From Turneriella sp. (GTDB taxonomy: Bacteria; Spirochaetota; Leptospiria; Turneriellales; Turneriellaceae), in assembly GCA_965279515.1 (NCBI GenBank), contig CBDIID010000003.1, forward strand, positions 4,448,001-4,512,000: 64,000 nt of DNA, read 5' to 3'. Each line of letters opens with the position of its first letter. Position 1 is the stretch's first letter. A program made the position numbers and the translations under genes. The notes beneath the pieces are model-generated. The model saw only the letters and a list, made by a program, of their open reading frames with translations. It was not told the origin of the DNA and ran no database searches. Positions 45,982-55,428 of this stretch are shown one piece after another.

Positions 45982-47133
45982 CTAAGAAAAAATTTCTTTT
46001 TCCAATGGTTGGGATAACCAGTCGGCTGCAGGCCAAACGACGCAGTCCTTGTGGGTTTTCTTTTGTGCGCCTTGGGCAACCAGCAGAATGCGCGTCTTAA
46101 CACCGAGACGGTCGCCGAAATAGGTGAGGGCGTGATGGGGATTGGTATCGGACCACTTTGCTTCGATGAGAGCGATGGGTTTTTTGTCTTTTATGATCAC
46201 GAAATCCACCTCGTGTTTTTCTTTGTCGCGCAGGTAACAGAGTTCGTAGCGGTAGCCTGTGCCGTCCTGCAAATACTGAATGCGCTTTAATAAATGGGTG
46301 GCCACTAGATTCTCAAATTTCGCACCCTCATCGCCGTCGACATCACCGTTGTCAAAAAAATATATTTTGGGTTGTTTTAGAATTGACCGGGCGAGTTTGG
46401 CCGCATAAGGTCGAATCTGAAACAGTGCGTAGCTGTGTTCAAGCACCTGAATCCAGCTTTTGATGGTTTTGGGTGTAACGTCCATATCGCGCGCGAGATT
46501 CGCGTAGTTGATCTGACCACTGACCTGGGCCTTGAGTAAGTTGTGCAGTTGTTCGAGCAGATAGATATCTTTAATTTTTTCAATTTCGCGGATGTCTTGC
46601 CTGAAAACGAGATCAAGCCGTTCGAGACGCCAACGCCGCGTAATTTTTTCATTATTTGCAAGATACGGCTCGGGAAAGCCGGAGTGATTCAGTAGTCGTC
46701 TTAATCTTTCGTCCGGAGTCTTGCCATCGAGCTTTAGCGAATTGATCTCTGCGAGGCAGAATGGGTGCAGGCGCCAGAGCGTGTACCTGCCGAACATGCT
46801 GTCCTGGCCGCGGCGATACAGGTCAAGGCGAGTGCTGCCCGTAACCAAAAACCTGTGATACTCCTTTTCCACGTCGTAGATGCCCTTGAGGTAGTTCTTC
46901 CAACGGCTGTATTTATGAATTTCATCGAGGATGATGATTTTGTCGGTGTCTTTCCAGTCGCGCTTCATGAACGCATTACGACCGTCAGGGTTGTCGTAGT
47001 TGATGTATTTGCCCGGCGTAAATTCTTTGAGGAATGATTTGACGAGTGTAGTTTTGCCTGCCTGGCGGGGGCCGGCGACGAAGACCATGCGGCGTTTGAG
47101 GTCGTCTGTTATATTGGACGTCAGATAACGCAC
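45982..47133 (-). CDS. AAA_14 ATPase with DUF4143 and a C-terminal restriction-endonuclease-like domain
   Basis: GPRQAGKTT, ILDEIH, VTGS, GFPE, KIYFFDNG, FENLV, EVDF..IEAK. Confidence 0.92.
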   Translation of the reverse strand: MRYLTSNITDDLKRRMVFVAGPRQAGKTTLVKSFLKEFTPGKYINYDNPDGRNAFMKRDWKDTDKIIILDEIHKYSRWKNYLKGIYDVEKEYHRFLVTGSTRLDLYRRGQDSMFGRYTLWRLHPFCLAEINSLKLDGKTPDERLRRLLNHSGFPEPYLANNEKITRRWRLERLDLVFRQDIREIEKIKDIYLLEQLHNLLKAQVSGQINYANLARDMDVTPKTIKSWIQVLEHSYALFQIRPYAAKLARSILKQPKIYFFDNGDVDGDEGAKFENLVATHLLKRIQYLQDGTGYRYELCYLRDKEKHEVDFVIIKDKKPIALIEAKWSDTNPHHALTYFGDRLGVKTRILLVAQGAQKKTHKDCVVWPAADWLSQPLEKEIFS

Positions 47134-47186
47134 TGGACCAAAAGGCAGTACTCTCCCGAATGGTCAAGACCAAAAGGGAGAGTAGG

Positions 47187-49040
47187 TCATTTTAGTCGAG
47201 TCCTGTTTTCTCGCCGCGTCAGACGCTCCCAAAGATCAAGTCGCTTAATTTTCGCAAGCTCGCTTTTGAGTACGCCTTGATTCTCTCTCTTATGCCAGAA
47301 GAAAAAACGATTCTGTAAATCCCGGCTTTTCTCATCTTTGTTCGGACTTACGGGTTTTCCTGTGTAGGGATGCACACCCGAATAATGGATTTCCGTGGCA
47401 ACTGTCATCGGTGTCGGGGTAAAGCCCTGAACCTGTTCGAGTTGAAATCCCAGTTCTTTGGTTTCGCAGGCGAGGTTTGCCATATCTTCAACTTCTGTTC
47501 CGGGATGCGCCGAGATGAAATAGGGGATGATCTGCTGCTTCTTACCAACCTTTGCCGAAACTTTTTCAAACTGCCGCTTGAACGCATGGAAGAGTTTGAA
47601 CGACGGTTTGCGCATGATCTTCAGCACGTGGTCGGCCGTGTGCTCGGGGGCGACCTTGAGCCGGCCCGAGACATGGTGGCGGATGAGCTGCTCGGTATAT
47701 TCGCTCAGGCCATTGGCCTTATCGTGCTTATCGTCCTTCGGTACGAGCAGGTCATAGCGCACACCTGAACCCACGAAGGCGTGGTTCACCTTGGGATGGT
47801 CTTTGACGAGGCGGTAAATTTCCGTGAGGTCGCTGTGATCGACATCGAGATTCTTACACACCTTCGGAAAAATACAAGAAGGTGCGCTGCAGCGTTCGCA
47901 GATCGATAAATCTTTACCTTGCATTTTATACATGTTCGCCGACGGGCCGCCCATGTCGCTGATCACGCCTTTGAATTCGGGGTGCTCGACGAGCGCATCA
48001 AGTTCGCGCCGAATGCTCTCTTTGCTGCGGGAGGCAATGAACTTGCCCTGGTGCGCAGAGATCGTGCAAAAACTGCAACCGCCGAAACAGCCGCGGTGCG
48101 TGTTGATCGAAAACTTGATCATCTCGTACGCGGGTATTTGCCCGCGCTTGCGGTATTTCGGGTGTGGCATACGCGTGTAAGCATATTCGAAACTTTGGTC
48201 GATCTCCTTCTCGTCCATCGGCGGGTAAGGGGGATTGATCACCAGCGTGCGGTGGTCGACTTTCTGCAAAATGCGCCGCGCATGCATCTTATTCGATTCG
48301 CGCTCGATGATCTTAAAGTTCTGGGAGTATTTTATTTTATCCGTGAGACAGACTTCGTGCGCCGTGATCTCCACATCTTCCCAGCTTTTGTTGACGGGTA
48401 TCTTTTCAGCGAGCACCGCGGTCTGCGCAACGGTGTTGATTTTTTCGAATGGCACACCGCGTTTTAGCAGGCGCAAAATCTCTTTGAGCGGCTGTTCGCC
48501 CATACCATAGACGAGCAAATCGGCGCCGCTCTCGGCGAGAATGCTCGGCTTCAGCGTATCAGACCAATAGTCATAGTGCGTCACTCGTCTCAGCGACGCT
48601 TCAATCCCACCCAAAACTACCGGCACATCGGGGTAGAGTTGTTTGAGGATTTTAGAATAAGTGTAGGCGGCGTAGTCGGGGCGGAAATTGGCTTCGCCCC
48701 CCGGTGTGTAGGCGTCGCTCGAGCGTCGGCGTTTGCGCGCGGTGTAGTGGTTCACCATCGAGTCCATGCAGCCCGAGGTGACGCCGAAAAAAAGCTTTGG
48801 GGCACCGAACTTTTTAAAGTCGCGCAGGTCGTCGCGCCAGTTGGGTTGGGGAATGATGGCGACATTCAGCCCCTCGGCCTCAATCATGCGGCCGACGACC
48901 GCGTGGCCGAATGAGGGGTGATCGACATAGGCATCACCCGAAATCAGAATGACGTCCAAATCACCGACTTCGAGGCCGCGGCGGTGCAAATCGTCGACGG
49001 TGATGGGTAGCCAGCGGTTGGTGTCGAAGAGTTCCGGCAC
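47187..49040 (-). CDS. YgiQ-family radical SAM protein
   Basis: SGDAYVDHPSFG, GGIEASLRR, HRGCFGGCSFC, GGPSANMY, LKVAPEH, YFISAHPG, FTPTPM. Confidence 0.95.
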   Translation of the reverse strand: MPELFDTNRWLPITVDDLHRRGLEVGDLDVILISGDAYVDHPSFGHAVVGRMIEAEGLNVAIIPQPNWRDDLRDFKKFGAPKLFFGVTSGCMDSMVNHYTARKRRRSSDAYTPGGEANFRPDYAAYTYSKILKQLYPDVPVVLGGIEASLRRVTHYDYWSDTLKPSILAESGADLLVYGMGEQPLKEILRLLKRGVPFEKINTVAQTAVLAEKIPVNKSWEDVEITAHEVCLTDKIKYSQNFKIIERESNKMHARRILQKVDHRTLVINPPYPPMDEKEIDQSFEYAYTRMPHPKYRKRGQIPAYEMIKFSINTHRGCFGGCSFCTISAHQGKFIASRSKESIRRELDALVEHPEFKGVISDMGGPSANMYKMQGKDLSICERCSAPSCIFPKVCKNLDVDHSDLTEIYRLVKDHPKVNHAFVGSGVRYDLLVPKDDKHDKANGLSEYTEQLIRHHVSGRLKVAPEHTADHVLKIMRKPSFKLFHAFKRQFEKVSAKVGKKQQIIPYFISAHPGTEVEDMANLACETKELGFQLEQVQGFTPTPMTVATEIHYSGVHPYTGKPVSPNKDEKSRDLQNRFFFWHKRENQGVLKSELAKIKRLDLWERLTRRENRTRLK

Positions 49041-49119
49041 GGACAGAAATCCTCCTTAAAGAGACAGCCCGGCAATCGAAAAGAGCTTTCTGCTGGTGGC
49101 CAAATCTGTGATCTCGCCC

Positions 49120-49905
49120 ATGCATAAACCCGTTGCCCTTATCACAGGCGCGTCGACCGGTATCGGTTATGAGATGGCGAAGATTTTTGCCGCGCGCGGC
49201 TACGATCTGGTCGTCGTAGCGCGCAGCGAAAAAAATCTTAAAAATCTCCACAAGCACCTGTCACCCCTGGTTAAGGTCACCGACATCGCCATGGACCTTT
49301 CGGTTCCGGGCGCGGGAGCCAAACTCTTCGCCAAAACAAAAAAACTGAAGCTTGAGGTGGATGTCCTCGTGAACAACGCGGGCTTTGGCACGAACGGTGA
49401 CTTTGTCACACTCGATTTAGACCGCGAGCTACAGGAAGTCGATCTCAACGTACGCACGCTCAGCGAGCTTTGCCATCTCTATGGCGCGGGCATGGCCCAG
49501 CGTCGAACAGGGAAAATTCTCAACGTCGCCTCGACAGCAGCCTTTCAGCCGGGTCCCTACATGTCTGTCTACTATGCAACGAAGGCCTATGTTCTGAGTT
49601 TATCCGAGGGACTGCACGAAGAGCTGAAGCCGAAAGGTGTACAGGTCTCGGTTCTTTGTCCGGGAGCCACGGTTACAGAATTTGCTGACACCGCGGGCAT
49701 GGGCAAATCGCGGCTCTTTACTTCGAAAATTCTGAAGCCCGCTAAAGCCGAGGATGTCGCCATCTATGGAGTCAATAAATTCTTTCAGGGTAAGACGATC
49801 ATCATTCCCGGCCTCTTGAATAAATTTCTGGTCCAGGGCAATCGCTTCAGCGCCCGCGCCCTGGTGCGCAAGATCGCCGCGCACCTGAACCGTCGCCGCG
49901 GCTGA
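49120..49905 (+). CDS. Short-chain dehydrogenase/reductase
   Basis: TGASTGIG, NNAG, YYATK. Confidence 0.95.
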   Translation: MHKPVALITGASTGIGYEMAKIFAARGYDLVVVARSEKNLKNLHKHLSPLVKVTDIAMDLSVPGAGAKLFAKTKKLKLEVDVLVNNAGFGTNGDFVTLDLDRELQEVDLNVRTLSELCHLYGAGMAQRRTGKILNVASTAAFQPGPYMSVYYATKAYVLSLSEGLHEELKPKGVQVSVLCPGATVTEFADTAGMGKSRLFTSKILKPAKAEDVAIYGVNKFFQGKTIIIPGLLNKFLVQGNRFSARALVRKIAAHLNRRRG

Positions 49906-49925
49906 AGAAATCGCTGCGCAGGAAT

Positions 49926-50579
49926 TTAGATTTTCATCTCAGGGATTTGCCCCTCGATCACCAGGCGCCCCTCAGTAGCGCTTTTGACCTGATCGACACT
50001 GACCCCCGGCGCCGTTTCGAGAAGTTTGAAGCCCTGCGGAGTAACATCGATCACGGCGAGTTCAGTCACGATCTTCTTCACACAACCGACGCCTGTTAAA
50101 GGCAATGAGCATTTTTTCAGCAACTTGGATTCATTCGCTTTGTTGACGTGCTGCATCGCCACGATGATGTTCTTGGCTGATGCCACCAGATCCATCGCCC
50201 CGCCCATACCCTTGACCATTTTTCCCGGAATTTTCCAATTGGCGATATCACCGTTTTCAGCGACTTCCATTGCACCCAAAATAGTCAGGTCGACTTTTCT
50301 CGCGCGGATCATGCCAAAGCTCATCGCCGAATCAAAAATAGCAGAACCTGCGACCGTTGTGATGGTCTGTTTGCCTGCATTGATATAATCCGGGTCTTCT
50401 TCACCTTCAAAGGGAAAAGGCCCCATACCCAATAAGCCATTTTCTGACTGTAAGACGACATTCATGCCTTGGGGTATGTAATTGGAAACCAGTGTAGGAA
50501 TTCCAATGCCGAGGTTTACGTAAAAACCGTCTTGGATTTCCATAGCGATGCGTTTTGCGATTCCGACTTTATCGAGCAT
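49926..50579 (-). CDS. scoB: 3-oxoacid CoA-transferase subunit B
   Basis: [30 protein letters not shown]. Confidence 0.95.
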   Translation of the reverse strand: MLDKVGIAKRIAMEIQDGFYVNLGIGIPTLVSNYIPQGMNVVLQSENGLLGMGPFPFEGEEDPDYINAGKQTITTVAGSAIFDSAMSFGMIRARKVDLTILGAMEVAENGDIANWKIPGKMVKGMGGAMDLVASAKNIIVAMQHVNKANESKLLKKCSLPLTGVGCVKKIVTELAVIDVTPQGFKLLETAPGVSVDQVKSATEGRLVIEGQIPEMKI

Positions 50580-50582
50580 AAC

Positions 50583-51290
50583 TTACCTTTTCCTCGTCGT
50601 TCTCTGTTCGATCCGCTTTTCATAGTTACTGCCTTGAAAAATACGGTGAACATAGATTCCGGGTGTGTGTATATAATTCGGGTCCAGCTCGCCTGCAGGC
50701 ACGAGCTCTTCAACTTCCGCTATGGTGATCTTGCCGGCCATCGCCATCAGGGGATTAAAATTCCGCGCGGTTCCGCGAAACACCAGGTTGCCATGCGTGT
50801 CGCCCTTCCAGGCTTTTACCAGCGCAAAATCCATATTAAAAGCGTATTCCATCAGGAATTCTTTTTCCATGCCATCGACGATAAACTTGCGTATTTCTTT
50901 GCCCTCTGCGACTTCGGTGCCGATACCGGCGGGAGTAAAGATCGCGGGCATGCCATACCCGGCAGCCAGGCAACGCGTGGCCAGGGTTCCCTGCGGAACT
51001 AACTCCACATCGAGTTCACCGGAAAGCAATTGTTTTTCAAATTCGGCATTTTCGCCCACGTAAGAGGCGATCATTTTTTTCACCTGCCGGGTTTTCAGCA
51101 AGAGCCCGATGCCGAAATTGTCGACGCCCGCATTGTTTGAAATACAGGTTAGGTCTTTAACGCCTTTTTTTACCAGCGCAGAGATACAGTTTTCAGGAAT
51201 ACCGCAGAGCCCGAAACCGCCGATGCCGAGTACTGCATTGTCAGGAATATCGGCGATGGCGGCATCTGCATGGGTGACTGTCTTGTTCAT
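50583..51290 (-). CDS. scoA: 3-oxoacid CoA-transferase subunit A
   Basis: GGFGLCGIPEN, SYVGEN, PQGTLA, TARNFNP, IHTPGIYV. Confidence 0.95.
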   Translation of the reverse strand: MNKTVTHADAAIADIPDNAVLGIGGFGLCGIPENCISALVKKGVKDLTCISNNAGVDNFGIGLLLKTRQVKKMIASYVGENAEFEKQLLSGELDVELVPQGTLATRCLAAGYGMPAIFTPAGIGTEVAEGKEIRKFIVDGMEKEFLMEYAFNMDFALVKAWKGDTHGNLVFRGTARNFNPLMAMAGKITIAEVEELVPAGELDPNYIHTPGIYVHRIFQGSNYEKRIEQRTTRKR

Positions 51291-51364
51291 CTCGGTGAAA
51301 GTGTCCTTGTCGTAAGAACATCCGACGTAAAGTCTTTCTATATGCGAAAAACTCTGCAGCCGGG

Positions 51365-52315
51365 CTAACTTACCGGCCGGCGGAATTCATAGAGCCGGAA
51401 ACAGAAGGCCTTGTTGATAATTGTCACCGGGTCGAGACCAGCCTTCTTATAATGGTTGTAGAGTTTGGTGCGCGTCTTGAAGAGCGCGTCTGCGACATCT
51501 TTGTTCTTTTTCAGATTTTCAAAGAACCAGACGACGGTCAGCGTCGAGGAATCCCCCGCATCATTACTTGTGATGGGCGCCAGCATGAATGTAGCATTCT
51601 TCTCATTATGAAAGGTTTCGATAAAATCCCAATTTGCGCCTTGTTGGCACGAATCAAGGTAGGCGAGGGCGACGTCGATATTCTCCATAGTATCGGAATC
51701 GAGTTCTTCGTCATTGATGGCGATGCTGCCCGAGTTAGATGCGTCGAGGCCGCCATGCCCGCTGATCGCGAGAATATTGTACGAGTCCTCGCGGCCGATT
51801 TCAGCGAGTGAGCTGTTTTCGACCGGCTCCCACACCGCGCCCGGGAAAAGTGTGCTGGCCTTTTTAAAACCATCTTCGGGGTCCGTCGAAGCATCGGCGA
51901 CGAAGTAACCGCCCTTAGGTGTCAGCGCAGGATTTTTCGAGCGGTAGCCGAACGCGGAGTAGGTGATCTTATGCGAGAGGTATAGGGCTTTGCCATTTGC
52001 TTCGAGCAGGTCAAATGCACAGCGCACGAGTGCCTTATCGATAATAAAGTTAATCGTATCGGTTTTTTTGATGAGTGCGGCCGCCGGTTCGAGCAGCGCC
52101 TTGCTGAGTTCAGCCACGGCAGCGTTTAGCTGTTTCGCCTGTTTTGTATTCTTATTCTCGATGATTGTGTAGATGGTGTCGAATTGTTTCAGCACAGTTG
52201 TTTTTTTGCCCGTGAGTACAATCGTCTTCTTTTCGCTGCCGATAACATAGTCGGCCTTGATATTCATACCGCTGACCGAAAAAGTTACAAAAAGTATCGC
52301 TGATCCCATATCCAT
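51365..52315 (-). CDS. CHAT-like (caspase/HetF-type) domain protein
   Basis: LSKALLEP..FDLL; ISGHGG and LDSCQQG dyad; FFENL..VADALFKTR. Confidence 0.6.
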   Translation of the reverse strand: MDMGSAILFVTFSVSGMNIKADYVIGSEKKTIVLTGKKTTVLKQFDTIYTIIENKNTKQAKQLNAAVAELSKALLEPAAALIKKTDTINFIIDKALVRCAFDLLEANGKALYLSHKITYSAFGYRSKNPALTPKGGYFVADASTDPEDGFKKASTLFPGAVWEPVENSSLAEIGREDSYNILAISGHGGLDASNSGSIAINDEELDSDTMENIDVALAYLDSCQQGANWDFIETFHNEKNATFMLAPITSNDAGDSSTLTVVWFFENLKKNKDVADALFKTRTKLYNHYKKAGLDPVTIINKAFCFRLYEFRRPVS

Positions 52316-52318
52316 CTC

Positions 52319-53224
52319 CTAAAAGCCGAACAGGCCCCGTGATAAAGCTTCGAGTTTGCGTGCCCGGTCGTTGTCGTCGAAGCGCACCGCGAGCGCGGTG
52401 AGATTGGCGAGGCTTCGCCGCGCCATGATTTCAAAGGGCGCCGGGTCCAGGAGCCGCGACGAATAACCTGAGAGATTTGCCGCGATCAGCATTTCGAGAT
52501 TCTCGCGCGTGACGAGCGTGCCTTTGTCGAAGACGTCGATGAAGATTTCGAGATCGTTATAGAGCCATTTGAGCAGAAAGCGTCCCGGCGTATTGACGCC
52601 ATACAGGGGAAATCCCAATCGTTGCCCGACGATCAGGTAGAGCACCGCCAGCGAAAGCGGAATACCCGGGACCCGCTCGCACAATACCAGCTGCGCCGAG
52701 TGGGATTCCACGCGGTTGATGGCGCCTTCTTCGCCGCTAAGCCCGGTTTTTTCGAAGAGCGTCGTATTCATAGCGCCGAGAATTTCGCGCACGAGTTCGA
52801 GATCACCGAGCCGCCCTTTGACACGCCGCGGTGTGAGCTGCCGTGTTTCGAGGGCGTCGCGCAGATCGACTTCGAGCATGTCGAGTGCCGCGCAGTATTC
52901 ATCCCAGAGATTAAAGGCATTCGAAAAAAGACCGGTGAGGTATGAGGTGCGTTCGAGCGCATAGACGTCTGTGCTCGAACGGGGCAGCACCTGCTGCATC
53001 TGCGCGCGCACATAGGCGACGGTATAGTCGAGTTCGATGCCGCGCAGCTTGTGGCGCAGCGCGAAATCAGAAATGGAATCGATATGCCTGAAAATCTCGG
53101 CCCACTGGATTTCGGTGGCGACGAGTTGCTGAAAAGCCTGGGAATCTTCGGGGTTTTTCTCGGCCTTCAGGTCATTGCCGATCTGCGCCAAAAGGGCAAG
53201 AATGTTATGCGCGCGCAGCGGCAT
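52319..53224 (-). CDS. SirB1/transglutaminase-core-2 family protein
   Basis: GIPLSLAVLYLIVGQRLGFPLYGVNTPGRFLL, FIDVFDKG, RSLANL. Confidence 0.85.
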   Translation of the reverse strand: MPLRAHNILALLAQIGNDLKAEKNPEDSQAFQQLVATEIQWAEIFRHIDSISDFALRHKLRGIELDYTVAYVRAQMQQVLPRSSTDVYALERTSYLTGLFSNAFNLWDEYCAALDMLEVDLRDALETRQLTPRRVKGRLGDLELVREILGAMNTTLFEKTGLSGEEGAINRVESHSAQLVLCERVPGIPLSLAVLYLIVGQRLGFPLYGVNTPGRFLLKWLYNDLEIFIDVFDKGTLVTRENLEMLIAANLSGYSSRLLDPAPFEIMARRSLANLTALAVRFDDNDRARKLEALSRGLFGF

Positions 53225-53226
53225 AG

Positions 53227-53553
53227 TTAACGGTCACGGCGCCCGGTGAATATCTGATCCATACCTTTCAGTGCACTCTCAATGACACCGACGGTCATCT
53301 CAGGCCCGAGTTTTGGCGATTCTTTGAGTGCCTTCAGAAAACCTTGTTTCACTTTCTCTTCAAAGCGCGGCAGCAGGCGATCACCGGCTTCTTCGACCTT
53401 GATTGAAATGCGGTCGGGTAAATTGTCGATGGGTTTTTCGATTTTGTCATAATAGAGCTTCAGCGCGAGAAAATATACCAGGCCCCCGGTTAACAGCGAC
53501 GACAGTACGGCCGTGGGTATGATCACGTACCAGATGATTTCAGGGAACTGCAT
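53227..53553 (-). CDS. Small single-TM hypothetical protein
   Basis: N-terminal hydrophobic helix and helical cytoplasmic tail; 2-nt gap to the next gene. Confidence 0.65.
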   Translation of the reverse strand: MQFPEIIWYVIIPTAVLSSLLTGGLVYFLALKLYYDKIEKPIDNLPDRISIKVEEAGDRLLPRFEEKVKQGFLKALKESPKLGPEMTVGVIESALKGMDQIFTGRRDR

Positions 53554-53596
53554 GCGCGCTGCATAGCGGATTTATTCAGGTGGAAAAGACATTTTT
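53550..53596. repeat. 47-bp direct repeat, copy 1
   Basis: GCATGCGCGCTGCATAGCGGATTTATTCAGGTGGAAAAGACATTTTT; 46/47 identical to 57256-57302. Confidence 0.92.
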
Positions 53597-53649
53597 CTCC
53601 CCGGCCGGTTTTTTGCTACCCGCTCGGGGGTGGCCTCAAAATCTGCGTT

Positions 53650-55428
53650 ATGCGATGCTGGTTGTTGCTTGCTCTCTTTACTTCTGCTCTCAGCGCGGCG
53701 GAGCACCCGCTCGACAAGGTCTATAGCCGCCAGGTTGCCAGGGTTCAGCGCGCCGACGATCTGCGGCTCTTTCGCCGGCTCTCGCTGCAACTGCGAGGTA
53801 CAATACCCGCCCCCGATGAAACTGTCGCCTTTCTCGCCGACAAGCGCAAAGATAAGCTCAAAATTTACGCGGCCGATTTTCTGCGCTCAGCAGAATTTGC
53901 GGAGTACTGGGGTGCCTGGCTCGGCGCACTGTTTCGCGAGCGCACCAAAGAACGTGATCATGTCTATGGCGCGTTCAACGCCTATCTTGCCGATGCCCTG
54001 AACCGCAATAAAACCTATGCGCAGATCGTGACTGAAATGCTGACGGCGACGGGAAATCAGAAAGAAAATCCCGCGGCATCCTTTTACCTGCGTGATATGG
54101 CCGACCCGGTACAGGTCGCCGAGTATGCGGGCCGGTTGTTTTATGGCCAGAAGGTTACCTGCGCGCGCTGCCATAACCATCCCTACGATGCAGCGTTCAC
54201 GCAGAAACGCTATTATGCTTTTGCGGCATTTTTCGCACAAACCCATGCGGTGGGCCGCATCGACTTTCCGGTTGCCGAAGTTGGCGCGGTGGTGCCGCCG
54301 CAAAATATCTGGGACCGTTTTTCAGCGGCCGACCGTGTGCTGACGCAAAAACTTGTGCAGAAGTGGCGTAAAGAGCACCAGCAGAAGCTTTCTGCAGAAG
54401 AGAAAAAGACGGTCCGCGAAAAAAACAAACTCGAATTCATGCGCCTGGAATACGAACCCCGGTTTGGTGTGCACATGCCCGCCGATGCCGGCGAGGGCGA
54501 TGCGCTTATCGAGCCCGTGTTCCTCGATGGGTCTGCACCGAAGATAAAGCCGGGGGATGACCGCCGCAGGGCGCTCGCGGCCTGGCTTACCTCTGAGAAG
54601 AATCCGCGTTTTCGCCGTGTGCTCATCAACCGCATTTGGGCGCGCCTTTCGGGGCAGAAGTTTTTTTACCCGTTCGATGACTGGCGCGCCGATACGAAGC
54701 TAACGCGCGAGCCGCTGCTTGCGCATCTGGATCAGCAATTTCTCAGGCAAAAGACCGATATCAAAGCCTTGATTCTGCACATGGTGAGCTCCGACGCGTG
54801 GGCGCGCGAGAGCGCCCCTTCGGCGACTGCCGATGAAAGTAAATATTTTATTCCCGCCCGGTTAGATTCAGACCAGCTCTTTAACGCCTTACTGACTGCG
54901 ACGCGTGTGAGTACGGTGAAAAATATCGGCGAACGTGGGGTTCAGATCGGTGAGCTGCGTGCGGATTTTGCAAATCTCAGCGGAAATAAGCCGCCCCGTG
55001 TCCCGGTTGAAAAGAAGCGCGAATACGCGGCGGCCTGCGAGGTCGAGCGGCCTGCGCCGCGCAACAGTTTTCTCGCGGTGTTCGGCGCGGGTGACCGCAC
55101 CGATATCGAAGACGACGAGGCGGCGCCGACGCTCGAGCAGGTACTGGTGCTTTTGAACGGCCAGGTGACGCGTCAGCTTGTGCGCGAGAGTGCAAAAGAT
55201 GGTTCGTATTTCGAAAAGCAGTACAATGAAACTAAGGGTAACCGGTCGGTCGCCGAAGCCGCCTTTCTCGCGGTCCTGAACCGCCCGCTTGCCGACGACG
55301 AATGGCAAAAAATACGCGATCTGACCGAACCCAAATACCTGAAGGGCAAAAAGAAATATTCGAAAGATTTTACCGCCGATCTTGTGTGGAGCCTCATCAA
55401 CAGCCAGGAGTTCATCCATGTTCGCTGA
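53650..55428 (+). CDS. DUF1549 + DUF1553 protein (planctomycete PSCyt2/PSD1 type)
   Basis: Signal peptide; FRRLSLQLRGTIP, FAEYW, CARCHNHP, YYAFAAFF, NRIWARL, PARLDSDQL, QVLVLLNG, DLVWSLINSQEF. Confidence 0.9.
   Translation: MRCWLLLALFTSALSAAEHPLDKVYSRQVARVQRADDLRLFRRLSLQLRGTIPAPDETVAFLADKRKDKLKIYAADFLRSAEFAEYWGAWLGALFRERTKERDHVYGAFNAYLADALNRNKTYAQIVTEMLTATGNQKENPAASFYLRDMADPVQVAEYAGRLFYGQKVTCARCHNHPYDAAFTQKRYYAFAAFFAQTHAVGRIDFPVAEVGAVVPPQNIWDRFSAADRVLTQKLVQKWRKEHQQKLSAEEKKTVREKNKLEFMRLEYEPRFGVHMPADAGEGDALIEPVFLDGSAPKIKPGDDRRRALAAWLTSEKNPRFRRVLINRIWARLSGQKFFYPFDDWRADTKLTREPLLAHLDQQFLRQKTDIKALILHMVSSDAWARESAPSATADESKYFIPARLDSDQLFNALLTATRVSTVKNIGERGVQIGELRADFANLSGNKPPRVPVEKKREYAAACEVERPAPRNSFLAVFGAGDRTDIEDDEAAPTLEQVLVLLNGQVTRQLVRESAKDGSYFEKQYNETKGNRSVAEAAFLAVLNRPLADDEWQKIRDLTEPKYLKGKKKYSKDFTADLVWSLINSQEFIHVR

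Noticed and set aside
52319..53224. As the missing transglutaminase of the ATP-grasp/alpha-E system
   Set aside because: It is SirB1-type, lacks the GVCQD-type catalytic motif and lies about 39 kb away.
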